NCBI GenBank assembly: GCA_963674745.2
Contig: CAXXDV010000001.1
Location: forward strand, 1,568,001 to 1,632,000
Reading direction: 5' to 3'
Length of the DNA: 64,000 nt
Source: Desulfosudaceae bacterium
Lineage (GTDB): Bacteria > Desulfobacterota > Desulfobacteria > Desulfobacterales > Desulfosudaceae
How positions within the stretch are numbered: position 1 is the first letter of the stretch; each line of letters begins with the position of its first letter. A model generated the notes under the pieces. The model saw only the letters and a program-made list of their open reading frames with translations. It was not told the DNA's origin and searched no databases. Position numbers and translations under genes: made by a program. Positions 1-10,388 of the stretch are shown piece after piece.

Positions 1-113
1 CTGTGATGGGTAAGGAATGATAATTCGGGTTTTACTTTTCCGGACGGGGTGAATAAATACCGGCCGGCTGTTTCGGGGTAAAAACAGCCGGCCGGCAGAG
101 GGGGCGGGACTTT

Positions 114-2297
114 TTACAGGGACAACACCCGCTCAAGATCGGTCGTGTTGCTGACCGGGGGGTGGCAGGTGCGGCCGGAACAGGCAAATGCGGCAGGCTT
201 GCTGTCGCCGGGGACATATTCAAGAATATCGGGTATGTGTGGCTCCAGGAGGTCGACGGTGGCCGGGTTGTCAATGAGCAGAATATCGACATTTGCAGGT
301 GCAGCCTGCCGGGCTGTTTTGATCAGCGCGCGGGTGGCCGGGTCGTGTGGCTCTCCGAAAATGGCAATCCGGCTGTGTCCGGTGAGATATTGGCCCAGAG
401 CGGCCATCATCAGGGGCGCACTTGTGGGGTGCTTTTTCAAATCGCTTCGTGCGTTGGTCAGCAGGCTTATTGCGGCCTGCCCATACCGGCTTTTTCCGGT
501 CAGGGCGGACAGGCGCTGAAAAACCTTGGCCGCGGTTGATGTAACCGAGGGCAGAACATTGTCATGATCGTCAGCGGGCCGGAAAAGCAGGTGTCGGTCA
601 TGGTTGGCTGAAACGGCAAAACAGGTGCCGGTGGCTTGATCATAAAAACGGTCGTAAAATGATTCTGCCAGCTTCAGGGCCCAGGAAAGATGGGCCGGAT
701 CAAAATCGGTCTGGTAAAGATCGAGCAGGCCTTGAATCAAAAAGATATAATCTTCAGCCAGGCCGTCTATGCCGCTGTGACCGTCCCTCCAGCGCCGTTT
801 CAAAAGACGTCGGCTCTCAGGGTCATACAGGTTGTTCTGGATAAAGCAGGCTGTTTTTTTGGCGGCATCCAGAAAGGCCCGGTTTTTCAAATACAAAAAG
901 CCTTTGGAAAGGGCGGTCAGGGCCAGACCGTTCCAGGCGGTCAGAATTTTGTCATCCAGATGGGGTCGGGGTCGTCTCAACCGTTCCTGGAACATGATAT
1001 TCCGGCTGCGTGAGAGGATTTTGCGCACCTCTTCTTCGGAAAGGTTGAAATGTTCTGCGGTTTCTGCAGTTGAATGCGCCTTATAAAGGACGTTGGTTTC
1101 AACAAATTCACCAAAAGGATCGTGGCCGACATTGCCTTCCGGCCGCATGTCATAATAATATTTAACGATTTCAAAGTTTTCTGACGACAGCAGGGCACGC
1201 ACCGTTTCCGTTCGCCAGCCGTAAAAAGCGCCTTCCAGCTTGTTGCCGGTACCATCCGCGACCGGATAGCTGTCGGCGTCTTCAGCCGAGAAAAAACCGC
1301 CATCTTCGTTCATCAGGTCCCGGGTCATGTAAGTTAGAATTTCGGTGGCCACTTCGGCCGGCCAGGGTTCGTCGATCAGTGGTATGGCGTCAAGGTAAAC
1401 CGAAGCAAGCTGGGCATTGTCATAGAGCATTTTTTCAAAATGGGGCAGGTGCCACTTGTCATCGGTGGCATAGCGGTGAAATCCACCGCCGATATGGTCG
1501 AAAATGCCGCCTGCGGCCATTGACTTTAAAGTGTGTGCGGTCATATCCAGAGCGATCTTTCCTTGTCGGGGATCAATCATCTCAGCCGGGCCCAGGCGGG
1601 CCGCCTCGAGCAGAAAGGCCAGGGTGGGCGGCATGGGAAACTTGGGTGCCGGGCTGAATCCGCCGTTAGTTTTGTCATAATTAGCGGATAATACCTTTAC
1701 GGCATTTTCAATCAGATGCCTGTCATCTGTCTCATCCGTGTTCTGTCCGGTTGCCACCCGGCTGGAAAGGTGCTGTTTTAACACATCGTTCATGGCTTCG
1801 GCCGATGATAATATTTTTTCCTTTGTTTCCGGGGTGTTCCAGGCCTGTTCCACATGCAGCACAACATCTGTCCAGGACGGCATTCCGGGGCGTCCGACCG
1901 GCGGGAAATAGGTACCCCCAAAAAACGGGCGTCCGTCAGGGGTTAAAAAAACGTTCAGGGGCCAGCCGGCCGACCCGTTCAAAGCCGATACGGCGGTGAT
2001 GTAAATTTGGTCCAGGTCCGGCCGCTCTTCACGATCCAGCTTTATATTGATAAAAGCACGGTTCATGATCTCGGCCACGGCCGGATCGGAAAACGACTCA
2101 TCGGCCATGACATGGCACCAGTGGCAGGTGGAGTAGCCGATGGACAGAAGAACCGGTTTGTTCTCGGCAGCGGCCCTGGAAAGGGCTTCCTCTCCCCAGG
2201 CCTGCCAGTCAACCGGGTTGTGGGCATGCTGAAGCAGGTAAGGGCTTTTTTCGTTGATGAGTTTGTTCGTATATTTAATGGTGTCGGTCGTATTCAT
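114..2297 (-). CDS. Thioredoxin-domain protein, YyaL/SSP411 (DUF255) family
   Basis: N-terminal [30 protein letters not shown] thioredoxin-like motif, PKFP and [11 protein letters not shown] motifs. Confidence 0.92.
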   Translation of the reverse strand: MNTTDTIKYTNKLINEKSPYLLQHAHNPVDWQAWGEEALSRAAAENKPVLLSIGYSTCHWCHVMADESFSDPAVAEIMNRAFINIKLDREERPDLDQIYITAVSALNGSAGWPLNVFLTPDGRPFFGGTYFPPVGRPGMPSWTDVVLHVEQAWNTPETKEKILSSAEAMNDVLKQHLSSRVATGQNTDETDDRHLIENAVKVLSANYDKTNGGFSPAPKFPMPPTLAFLLEAARLGPAEMIDPRQGKIALDMTAHTLKSMAAGGIFDHIGGGFHRYATDDKWHLPHFEKMLYDNAQLASVYLDAIPLIDEPWPAEVATEILTYMTRDLMNEDGGFFSAEDADSYPVADGTGNKLEGAFYGWRTETVRALLSSENFEIVKYYYDMRPEGNVGHDPFGEFVETNVLYKAHSTAETAEHFNLSEEEVRKILSRSRNIMFQERLRRPRPHLDDKILTAWNGLALTALSKGFLYLKNRAFLDAAKKTACFIQNNLYDPESRRLLKRRWRDGHSGIDGLAEDYIFLIQGLLDLYQTDFDPAHLSWALKLAESFYDRFYDQATGTCFAVSANHDRHLLFRPADDHDNVLPSVTSTAAKVFQRLSALTGKSRYGQAAISLLTNARSDLKKHPTSAPLMMAALGQYLTGHSRIAIFGEPHDPATRALIKTARQAAPANVDILLIDNPATVDLLEPHIPDILEYVPGDSKPAAFACSGRTCHPPVSNTTDLERVLSL

Positions 2298-2718
2298 AAG
2301 GCCACCTCCGGGATGGCTTGTTTGTCGTTTTTCGGGGTGTTCGGAATCGGTATCGGACTACCGATACCGATTCCGACCCTGATTATTGTTAAACACTCAA
2401 CCAACTGCATTTTCGATCCCATTCCTTGCTCAAGGGAATGATTCCGCAATCAGATAATTAAAAAGCAAAAATGGTGCCACAACCAATCCGGAGGCTTAAA
2501 AAACATTCGATCAGCCTGTTTCATGATGCTTTGGGGTTAATCGCTCAATACGAGCTGTTCTGTGTGACATATGTGTATCGTTGTTTTGTGATACAGTGGC
2601 GCTGTAATGATCAAAAAAATGAGACAGGCGGCGTGGACAAAACAATAATGATGGTTATATTTTTATTTAAATCAAATATATAATAAATCATATCATTTTG
2701 GAATGAAATATAAATATA

Positions 2719-2734
2719 TGGCACAGAAATTGTA
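2719..2734 (+). promoter_or_regulatory. Candidate sigma54 (-24/-12) promoter for cooS
   Basis: TGGCACagaaaTTGTa resembles TGGCAC-N5-TTGC (GT at -12); AT-rich tract upstream; about 75 nt before the cooS ATG. Confidence 0.45.
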
Positions 2735-2807
2735 ACGAAGAAAACATGCTACTCATAAAACGTATCTGTTAATTTCATGAGAAAACCACCTATTTTAAGG
2801 AGGCGAA

Positions 2808-4778
2808 ATGTCAGAAAATAAAAAACCTGAAAAGGATAAAAACTTACTTGCTGCGCGCGATGTCACTAGTTGTGAAGCTACAGCGCAAATGCTTGAAAAA
2901 GCAAGAAGAGACGGGGTCGTCCTGGCTTTTGACCGGGCTGCCGCCATGAAGGCCTGTCCTATTGGAGCGGACTCGGCCTGCTGCAAGCACTGCTCAATGG
3001 GACCCTGTCGGCTCAATGCCAAAGATCCTTACGGCAAAGTCGGCGTTTGCGGCGCCACCATCGATACTATTATGGCCCGTAATTTTGCCCGTATGGTCGC
3101 TTCCGGCGCGGCGGCGCATACCGATCATGGTATGGCCATGCTGGATCTGTTCCGGGAAGTGGTCAACGGCAATATTACCGATTATGAAATCAAGGACACC
3201 CAAAAACTCGAGGAAGTGGCCAAGTCAATCAACATTGAGGTTGAAGGCCGCAGCGTCAAAGATATCGCTCTGGATGTTTACAGTGAACTGGAGCGGACCT
3301 ATACCCAGGTCGAAGGCGAAATCCCCTTTGTCTCCCGGGTGCCGGAAGCAACCCTGGAAACCTGGCGAAAACTGGGCATCGTGCCCCGGGGCGCCATGCG
3401 TGAAATCATGGAGTTGATGCACCGCACGCACATGGGTGTTGATCAGCATTATGAAAACATCACCAAACAGTGCAGCCGCACGGCCCTGTCCGACGGCTGG
3501 GGCGGATCAATGGTGGCCACCGATATTTCTGATATTCTTTACGGAACCCCCACGCCGGTGCAGGCCGATGTGAACATGGGTGTCCTCAAGGAGCACCAGG
3601 TCAATATTATTATTCATGGACATGAACCCAACCTGTTTGAATCCATGCTGGAATCGGTCAATTCCCCGGTACTGATCGAGGCGGCAAAAAACGCCGGCGC
3701 CGAAGGCATTAACCTGGTGGGCATGTGCTGTTCCGGGGCGGAAATGATGTCCCGTCACGGTATTCCCCATGCCGGTAACTTTACCTCTACCGAAGCGGTC
3801 CTGGTCACCGGCGCCGTGGACGCCATGGGTGTGGACATTCAGTGCATCAAGCAGGGGCTGGTCGAAGTGGCCAGGTGTTACGATACGGAATTGTTCACCA
3901 CCAATCCCCGGTGTCACATCGAAGGGGCCGTACACATTGAATTTAACGATCATCATCCCCTGGATTGTACCGACGAGATCGTCATCAAGGCCATCAGCCG
4001 GTTTAAAAACCGCAAGCACCCAATTGAAATTCCCAAGATTACCAACCCCGGTATTCACGGCTTTTCTTATGAATACATCAACTACATGCTGGGCGGATCA
4101 TTCCGTTCGACCTACACGCCTTTGAACGATAATATTATTAATGGCCGAATCCGGGGCGTGGCCGGTGTCGTGGGGTGTACCAACCCGCGGGTGAAACAGG
4201 ACTATGTTCACGTCGAACTGGTCAAGGAGCTGATCAAGAACGACGTGCTGGTGCTCCAGACCGGGTGCTCCCAGATTGCTCTGGCCAAGGCCGGGATGAT
4301 GACGCCCGAAGCCGGTGCTCTGGCCGGCCCGGGCCTGAGCGAAGTCTGCGAAACCGTTGGTATGCCGCCGGTGCTGGGCTTCGGTTCCTGCGTGGATAAC
4401 AGCCGGATCCTGATGGCTGCATCCGAGATGGTAAAGACCGGCGGGCTGGGCAACAGCATTGCGGATCTGCCGGTGGCCGGCGCGGCACCGGAATGGATGA
4501 GTGAAAAAGCCATCTCCATTGGTCACTACTTCGTCGCCTCCGGTGTTTACACCGTCTTCGGCGTAACGTTTCCGATTACGGAAAACACCCGCTTCCACGA
4601 TCTGCTGTTCAACGGGCTGGAGAAAACCGGCCTGGGCAAATGGGGATTTTCCCCTGACCCTAAAGAAATGGCGAAAATGATGATTGCACATATTGACAAG
4701 AAACGGAAAGCGCTGGGCATAGACAAGGCCCGGGAACGTGTCCTGGTAGATATGCAGGACCGCCGGGCGCTTGATTAG
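2808..4778 (+). CDS. cooS: Anaerobic NiFe carbon monoxide dehydrogenase catalytic subunit
   Basis: CCKHCSMGPC/GVCG B-cluster motifs, HTDH, GHEP, GMCC, DIQC, VGC, TGC and GSCVD C-cluster ligands, EKA lysine; AAGGAGG RBS. Confidence 0.96.
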   Translation: MSENKKPEKDKNLLAARDVTSCEATAQMLEKARRDGVVLAFDRAAAMKACPIGADSACCKHCSMGPCRLNAKDPYGKVGVCGATIDTIMARNFARMVASGAAAHTDHGMAMLDLFREVVNGNITDYEIKDTQKLEEVAKSINIEVEGRSVKDIALDVYSELERTYTQVEGEIPFVSRVPEATLETWRKLGIVPRGAMREIMELMHRTHMGVDQHYENITKQCSRTALSDGWGGSMVATDISDILYGTPTPVQADVNMGVLKEHQVNIIIHGHEPNLFESMLESVNSPVLIEAAKNAGAEGINLVGMCCSGAEMMSRHGIPHAGNFTSTEAVLVTGAVDAMGVDIQCIKQGLVEVARCYDTELFTTNPRCHIEGAVHIEFNDHHPLDCTDEIVIKAISRFKNRKHPIEIPKITNPGIHGFSYEYINYMLGGSFRSTYTPLNDNIINGRIRGVAGVVGCTNPRVKQDYVHVELVKELIKNDVLVLQTGCSQIALAKAGMMTPEAGALAGPGLSEVCETVGMPPVLGFGSCVDNSRILMAASEMVKTGGLGNSIADLPVAGAAPEWMSEKAISIGHYFVASGVYTVFGVTFPITENTRFHDLLFNGLEKTGLGKWGFSPDPKEMAKMMIAHIDKKRKALGIDKARERVLVDMQDRRALD

Positions 4779-4881
4779 TCCTGACATATCTGACACCCCC
4801 TCCCCGCTCTTTCCGGAGTAAGGCGGCGATCCTTCCCCCTCCTCCCCCGACGCCGCCTTACTCATTTCTCTTTTTTTAACA

Positions 4882-4950
4882 GTAGGGGCGACCCGCCGGT
4901 CGCCCCCAGGTTCGTGGCATCCAGGTGTAGGGGCGACCGGCGGGTCGCCC
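4882..4950. repeat. Two GTAG-type REP palindromes
   Basis: gtaggggcgacccgccggtcgcccc and gtaggggcgaccggcgggtcgccc. Confidence 0.75.
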
Positions 4951-5110
4951 TTTTATGCTGGTTGCCGAATTCTGACACAGGCTTTAAAGCCCTTCGCTGC
5001 TTCACCGGTTTTCGCCTTGACCAAGTTCCGGGGTTTCCATATCATAAGAAGGTTGAAAAACTTATGAAACATCAGGTTTAAAGACGAATCTCAAAAAATC
5101 GGGGGTAGCC

Positions 5111-6883
5111 ATGCAACTGGACATTATTCTTGAAAACGCACTCATTGTTGATGGTTCCGGCGGCAGCCCCTATCAGGCGGATGTCGGTTTACAGGGCCGT
5201 TTTATTGTGGCCGTTGGTGACTTGAGCAAAAGTGATGCCGCACAACGCCGGGATGTGACCGGGCGGGTGGTCTGCCCGGGATTTATCGATGTCCATTCCC
5301 ATGCGGACCTGGCGTTTTTCAGGCCGGATCACGACGATATGCTGACCCCCCTGGTGGAGCAGGGTATCACCACTTTTGTCGGTGGCAACTGCGGTATGGC
5401 CCTGGCCCCGATCACCCGTGACAACCGGGAGGGCATTAAAACCTACCTGGAAGTGTTCACGCAGATGGATTTTGATCGGGATATCAAGTGGTCCACAATG
5501 GGGTCCTATATGGACCACATGGACACAAAAGGACTGTTGCTGAATTCCGCCCAGCTGACGCCCCACGGCGTCATGCGCATTTCCGCCCTGGGGTTGTCCG
5601 ACAAGCCGGCCGATGATAAAGCCATCGCCCTGATGCAGAAACTTCTGGAAGAAAGTCTTGAAGCCGGGGCCTTTGGATTGTCTACCGGCCTGCAATACGC
5701 CCCGGGCCTGCATTCCGACACCCGGGAGCTGTCAATGATATCCAAACCGTTGACTGATTATGACGCCGTATTTACCAGCCATTTGCGTTCCTATACCAGC
5801 AACTGTATGGACAATGCCATTGATGAAGTGGCCCGCGTGGCCGCTGACAACAATATCCGGGGGCAGATTTCCCATATCTTCTCAGTCCCCTGGACAGGTC
5901 CGCTGCTGCACCCCCTGGCGCTGAAAGTGATCAAATGGCTGGCCCGTCATGGAGAGAGCGCGGTTAAATGGATTCCGGATTCTTTGCTGGATATGGAGAT
6001 GAACCGCATTCTGGAAAAAGTGGCCCGGGTCAGGCAGAGCGGTGTCGGTATGGGCATGGATATTATGCCCACCACAACCGGCTTTACCCATCTGCTGGCC
6101 TTTTTCCCGCCCTGGTCGTTGACCGGCGACCGGCAGGCGGTCCTGGAACGCCTGCAGGACAGGCAGACCCGCCGGGAGATACGGAAGGATATCGAGCAGG
6201 GGCGGCCCATCTGGCCGCACCGGGAAAAAAACACCTGGTCTTTGAATCTCATCCGGCAGATGGGCTGGGACGCCCTGATTGTCATGGCCGTCAACAGCGA
6301 CAAGAACAAGCCGCTGGAAGGCCGGCGGTTCACCGACATAGCCGAAGAACAGAACAAGCACCCCTTTGATGTCATGTGCGACCTGCTGCTGGAAGAGGAC
6401 GGACAGGTCCTGGCCTTTGAAACCATGAGCGATCCGGACGATGTGTTTACGGAGCGATACACCTTTCCGGGTATCAAGGACCCGGATACAATGATATCCA
6501 CCGATACCATCCTGCTGGGCATGGGCCGGCCGTCATATCTCTTTTACGGCTGTTATCCGAAATTCATCAACCGTTATGTTTATCAGAAGAACCTGCTTGA
6601 TCTGCCTGCGGCCATTGCCAAGTGCACAGCGATCCCGGCCGACCATTTCGGCATCAAGTATCGGGGACGGATTAAAGAAGGTTTTTTTGCCGATCTGCTG
6701 GTGATCGACGCGGAAAACTTCAGGACCCGGGCGAATTTTGTCGATCCCTGTCATGGCGCCGAAGGCCTGGACATGGTTTTCATTAACGGCTGCCAGGTAG
6801 TCTCAAACGGTAAGCGGATCAATAAAGACCTGCCCGGAAAAATGCTGCGCAAAAACAATCAACCCGCCCCGGAAGTCCAGTAA
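5111..6883 (+). CDS. N-acyl-D-amino-acid deacylase family amidohydrolase
   Basis: PGFIDVHSHAD, GITTFVGGNCG, GLSTGL, SHLR, RGRIKEGFFADL motifs. Confidence 0.9.
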   Translation: MQLDIILENALIVDGSGGSPYQADVGLQGRFIVAVGDLSKSDAAQRRDVTGRVVCPGFIDVHSHADLAFFRPDHDDMLTPLVEQGITTFVGGNCGMALAPITRDNREGIKTYLEVFTQMDFDRDIKWSTMGSYMDHMDTKGLLLNSAQLTPHGVMRISALGLSDKPADDKAIALMQKLLEESLEAGAFGLSTGLQYAPGLHSDTRELSMISKPLTDYDAVFTSHLRSYTSNCMDNAIDEVARVAADNNIRGQISHIFSVPWTGPLLHPLALKVIKWLARHGESAVKWIPDSLLDMEMNRILEKVARVRQSGVGMGMDIMPTTTGFTHLLAFFPPWSLTGDRQAVLERLQDRQTRREIRKDIEQGRPIWPHREKNTWSLNLIRQMGWDALIVMAVNSDKNKPLEGRRFTDIAEEQNKHPFDVMCDLLLEEDGQVLAFETMSDPDDVFTERYTFPGIKDPDTMISTDTILLGMGRPSYLFYGCYPKFINRYVYQKNLLDLPAAIAKCTAIPADHFGIKYRGRIKEGFFADLLVIDAENFRTRANFVDPCHGAEGLDMVFINGCQVVSNGKRINKDLPGKMLRKNNQPAPEVQ

Positions 6884-7780
6884 TTACGAGGCCAGTGATT
6901 TTTGTAAAGCGCTGTGAATGTCCGGATACTGAAAGATAAAGCCGCCTGACAGCAGTTTGCCGGGGGTCGTCCGCTGACTGTACAATACCAGGCTGCCCAG
7001 TTCTCCGGCGACAAACCGCAGAGCCATAGAGGGTACCGTAAAAAAGGTCGGCCGATGAAGGGTTTTCCCCAGGGCTTTTGTAAACTGGCTGTTTCTGACC
7101 GTCTGCGGGGCGCAGAAATTGACAGGCCCCTTCAGCTTGTCTGTTTCTATGGCAAACCGGGTGGCCGCAATCAGGTCGGAAAGTTGAATCCATGGAAACC
7201 ACTGGCGGCCGGAGCCGATTTTGCCGCCCAGGCCAAGCCGAAAGGGGGGCAGCATTTTGGCAAGGGCACCCCCGGCTTGATCCAGCACAACACCAAACCG
7301 CGCAACCACCACCCGCACCCCCTTTTTTTTCGCCGCAAAAGCCTCTTTTTCCCAGTCAACGCAGACCTTGGCCAGAAAATCATCGCCGGCCGGGCTTTCT
7401 TCGTTCAGCAGCCTGTCACCACGGTCCCCGTAATAACCGGCAGCCGAGGTGCTCAGCAAAACGCAATGGCCGTTGGAAGGCAGGGCCGCTACCAGGTTGC
7501 GGGTGGTCAAAATCCGGCTGTCGTAAATAGCCTGTTTGTATTTCTCGGTCCAACGATTGAATATGTTGACGCCGGCCAGGTTGATGATGGCATTGACACC
7601 CGTGGCCGCTTTCTGCCAGTCACCGGGTTGGGTGGTATCGGCTTGAATAAAGGTAAAGCGCTCGTGTTCGATACTTTTGTGGCGATACCCCAGCCCGATA
7701 ATGTCGTGGCCGTCTTCCAGCAAAGCGCCTGCCAGGTGGCGGCCGACAAACCCGGAACTGCCGGTAATTAAAATTTTCAT
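6884..7780 (-). CDS. TIGR01777-family NAD-dependent epimerase/oxidoreductase (YfcH-like)
   Basis: ITGSSGFVG Rossmann motif, INLAG, SAAGYYG, GSGRQWFPWI. Confidence 0.92.
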   Translation of the reverse strand: MKILITGSSGFVGRHLAGALLEDGHDIIGLGYRHKSIEHERFTFIQADTTQPGDWQKAATGVNAIINLAGVNIFNRWTEKYKQAIYDSRILTTRNLVAALPSNGHCVLLSTSAAGYYGDRGDRLLNEESPAGDDFLAKVCVDWEKEAFAAKKKGVRVVVARFGVVLDQAGGALAKMLPPFRLGLGGKIGSGRQWFPWIQLSDLIAATRFAIETDKLKGPVNFCAPQTVRNSQFTKALGKTLHRPTFFTVPSMALRFVAGELGSLVLYSQRTTPGKLLSGGFIFQYPDIHSALQKSLAS

Positions 7781-7979
7781 GTGTGTTTTCCTTTAACGAC
7801 AAGCCCGATATTTCACCCTTCCGGCGAGTCGTCTTGAACGCTTCTGCTGTATCGCAATGTAGGGGCACGGCGCGCCGTGCCCATTGACGCGCCGTGCCCG
7901 ATTGTGAATCACGTTTGGGTGCCCTTTCATCGGGCGGCCCCAGGACCCCTGGCCCAAACCATTTTGTGATATGTCTGAA

Positions 7980-8453
7980 CTAATCGACCAGCAGTACAGA
8001 CGCTTTGTGGACCCCATGCAGTACTTTCTGGGAAACACTGCCCATAATAAATTCCATGATGCCCGACAACCCCCTTCTGCCGAGAACAACCAGGTCAAAG
8101 CCGCCGCTGTTGGCTTCGGAAATAATGTCCCGGGCAATGCCTTTATTACGCTCAACGGTTTTGGTTTTAATCCGTTTTTCGTCGAAACCCTGCTGGATCA
8201 GTTTTTGCCTGGCTTTTTCAAGCGCTTCTTTCATCAGCTCCTTTTTCTTGTCCTCCAGTATGCAGAAGGAGGACTGCTCCGCCACAAAGTACGGCGTCAA
8301 CGCAGGCCCCTGCATGGCGCACATGGCTTCCGTGTTCAGCAGTACGCTGAACAGGAGAATGTCGGCATCCTGCTTGATGCATTTGCCGACAAACTCTACC
8401 GCCCGGGCCGAATTGTCAGACTCATCCATTGCTATCAGAATTTTTTGTGCCAT
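7980..8453 (-). CDS. Universal stress protein (UspA family)
   Basis: KILIAMDES and DLVVLGRRGLSG..GSVSQKVLH motifs. Confidence 0.92.
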   Translation of the reverse strand: MAQKILIAMDESDNSARAVEFVGKCIKQDADILLFSVLLNTEAMCAMQGPALTPYFVAEQSSFCILEDKKKELMKEALEKARQKLIQQGFDEKRIKTKTVERNKGIARDIISEANSGGFDLVVLGRRGLSGIMEFIMGSVSQKVLHGVHKASVLLVD

Positions 8454-8490
8454 TTTTAACGCCCTCCTAATTGTATTAAGGTTGCGAACC

Positions 8491-9255
8491 CTATCCCAGT
8501 AAATTGTCCAGGGCCATCATAATAATAAAGCCGACCAGGACGCCATAAGTGGCCGGTCGGGATTTGCCTTCGGAATGGGTTTCTGGAATGATTTCATCAC
8601 TGATGACAAACAGCATGGCGCCGGCGGCAAAAGCCAGGGCCAGGGGCAGAACCGGGTTGAAAAGGGTTACCGCGCCGGCGCCCAGCAAACCGCCCACCGG
8701 CTCAACCATCCCGGTTACCGTTGCAATGCCCAGGGCTTTTAAACGGCTGTAACCCAGGCCGATCAGCGGCAGGGCCACGGCCAGACCTTCGGGCATGTTC
8801 TGCAGGCCGATACCGATGGCCAGGCTGGTGCCGGCCCCGACATCACCGGTGCCGAATCCGACACCCACGGCCATGCCTTCCGGAAAATTATGAATGGTGA
8901 TGGCAATGATAAACAGCCAGATCCGCTTCATCCGTGATGACGGCCCTTCCGGTCCTTTGATGAAATGTTCGTGCGGCATTTTTTTGTCAATGATATCAAG
9001 TATAATCCCGCCCAGAAGAATGCCGAACATCATTATGTAGACGCCATAACCCGGCCAGACAAGGTCGCCATGTGCGATTCCGGGTATAATCAGGGAAAAA
9101 GAGGTGGCCGCCAGCATAACACCGGCTGAGGCACCCAGCATAATAGAAAGTGTTTTACGGGAAACATGACCGACAAAAAGAACCGGCAGTGCCCCGAGCC
9201 CGGTTCCCAGGCCGGCCAGCGCGCTGGCAATGACGCCATATAAGAAAAGACTCAT
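8491..9255 (-). CDS. ZIP family divalent metal transporter (GufA/ZupT-like)
   Basis: HNFPEGMAVG, QNMPEG and EIIPE motifs; multiple TM segments. Confidence 0.93.
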   Translation of the reverse strand: MSLFLYGVIASALAGLGTGLGALPVLFVGHVSRKTLSIMLGASAGVMLAATSFSLIIPGIAHGDLVWPGYGVYIMMFGILLGGIILDIIDKKMPHEHFIKGPEGPSSRMKRIWLFIIAITIHNFPEGMAVGVGFGTGDVGAGTSLAIGIGLQNMPEGLAVALPLIGLGYSRLKALGIATVTGMVEPVGGLLGAGAVTLFNPVLPLALAFAAGAMLFVISDEIIPETHSEGKSRPATYGVLVGFIIMMALDNLLG

Positions 9256-9577
9256 GATGTTTGCCCTGTTTGCCGGTTTGATCGGTTATTTTTAACGCCG
9301 ATGAAGATAGCGTTGATTATTCAACAATATAATAGAAACATATAAGCAGCAAGAATAAATCAATAAAACCGGTATTCCACGAATTGATTGAACCCGGTCG
9401 CCTGGCTGCTTCTGCCGGGCTCAGGACTCGAATTCATGCAGGGGCACGGCGTGCCGTGCCCGTTTGTTTTTGATGTTTATCAAAAAAAATGTGAAATATC
9501 GGGCTAAAAAGGTTGGCCCAAGGCTCTGGCTTGAGTAAAATAGAGAACAGATCAACCGCAAAAAAAATATTTGAGCA

Positions 9578-9757
9578 ATGGATGATGCCACCAGAAAAAA
9601 CCGGTTGGAAAAATTGATCAAGGCATTGAAGTCCTGGAAAGGTGCCAAACCGGATTACGACAACCTGGATTTCTCCCGCTACCGTCAGACTGAAGAGGCG
9701 TATCAGGAAGAGCAGCGGGAGTGGCTTAACAGCCGCCGCAAAAAGAAGCCGCAGTAA
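9578..9757 (+). CDS. Small 59-aa charged hypothetical protein (below ORF-track cutoff)
   Basis: ATG..TAA frame MDDATRKNRLEKLIKALKSWKGAKPDYDNLDFSRYRQTEEAYQEEQREWLNSRRKKKPQ filling an intergenic gap; weak RBS. Confidence 0.55.
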   Translation: MDDATRKNRLEKLIKALKSWKGAKPDYDNLDFSRYRQTEEAYQEEQREWLNSRRKKKPQ

Positions 9758-10010
9758 GTCTTTTTGTTCGCGTCACGATCATTTTGGGCGGCCTTAAAAT
9801 CTTTCTCTAAACGGCTCGAACTCGGGCTAACGCCCTCAGACAGCGAGCAGTTCTTTACGCGAAAGCTTTTAAGGCCTTTTCTCCCAAAATGATCGGATGC
9901 CGCTCACAAAAAGACTTACTGCGGGACCGGCGGAAGGTATCGCCTTACGCCTCGAGACTTGCGCGCCTTGACCTTGAACCTCAATCCAATCTTCGTCATC
10001 CCGGGCCCTG

Positions 10011-10148
10011 GAGACTGTGTCGCAATTCAAAACAAGCCGGAAAAAGAGTGTTTTCCGGAATGGTTTTACCATTAAAATTCAAAGAAAGTTCGTTATACGA
10101 CAAATTAGGAAGTCGCTTTTTTTGAATAAACAATTGTGACACAGTCTC
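10011..10148. mobile_element. MITE, 138 bp, 17-bp terminal inverted repeats, 4-bp target duplication
   Basis: gagactgtgtcgcaatt ... aattgtgacacagtctc (1 mismatch) flanked on both sides by cctg. Confidence 0.75.
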
Positions 10149-10388
10149 CCTGACACGGGATGACGATTTGACGGACAATTTCAGTGTTTTTGGACATGGG
10201 GGTTGAGATTTTGCAGTGACGAATGGTGCTTATTGCGTTGTCGTAATGCCCACATCAAGGGCACCTCGCAGTGGCGATCTGGATTCCGGCTTTCGCCGGA
10301 ATGACGGGCGCACGTCAACATTTATTCTCGTCCACAATCCACTTCGACGGGTGGCACGGGCGAAGCGAAGCTTGCCCGTGGAAAGGCG

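Noticed and set aside
2340..2380. tcggaatcggtatcgg / ccgataccgattccga palindrome upstream of the YyaL-like gene
   Set aside because: A simple hexamer-based hairpin with no evidence for a specific function.
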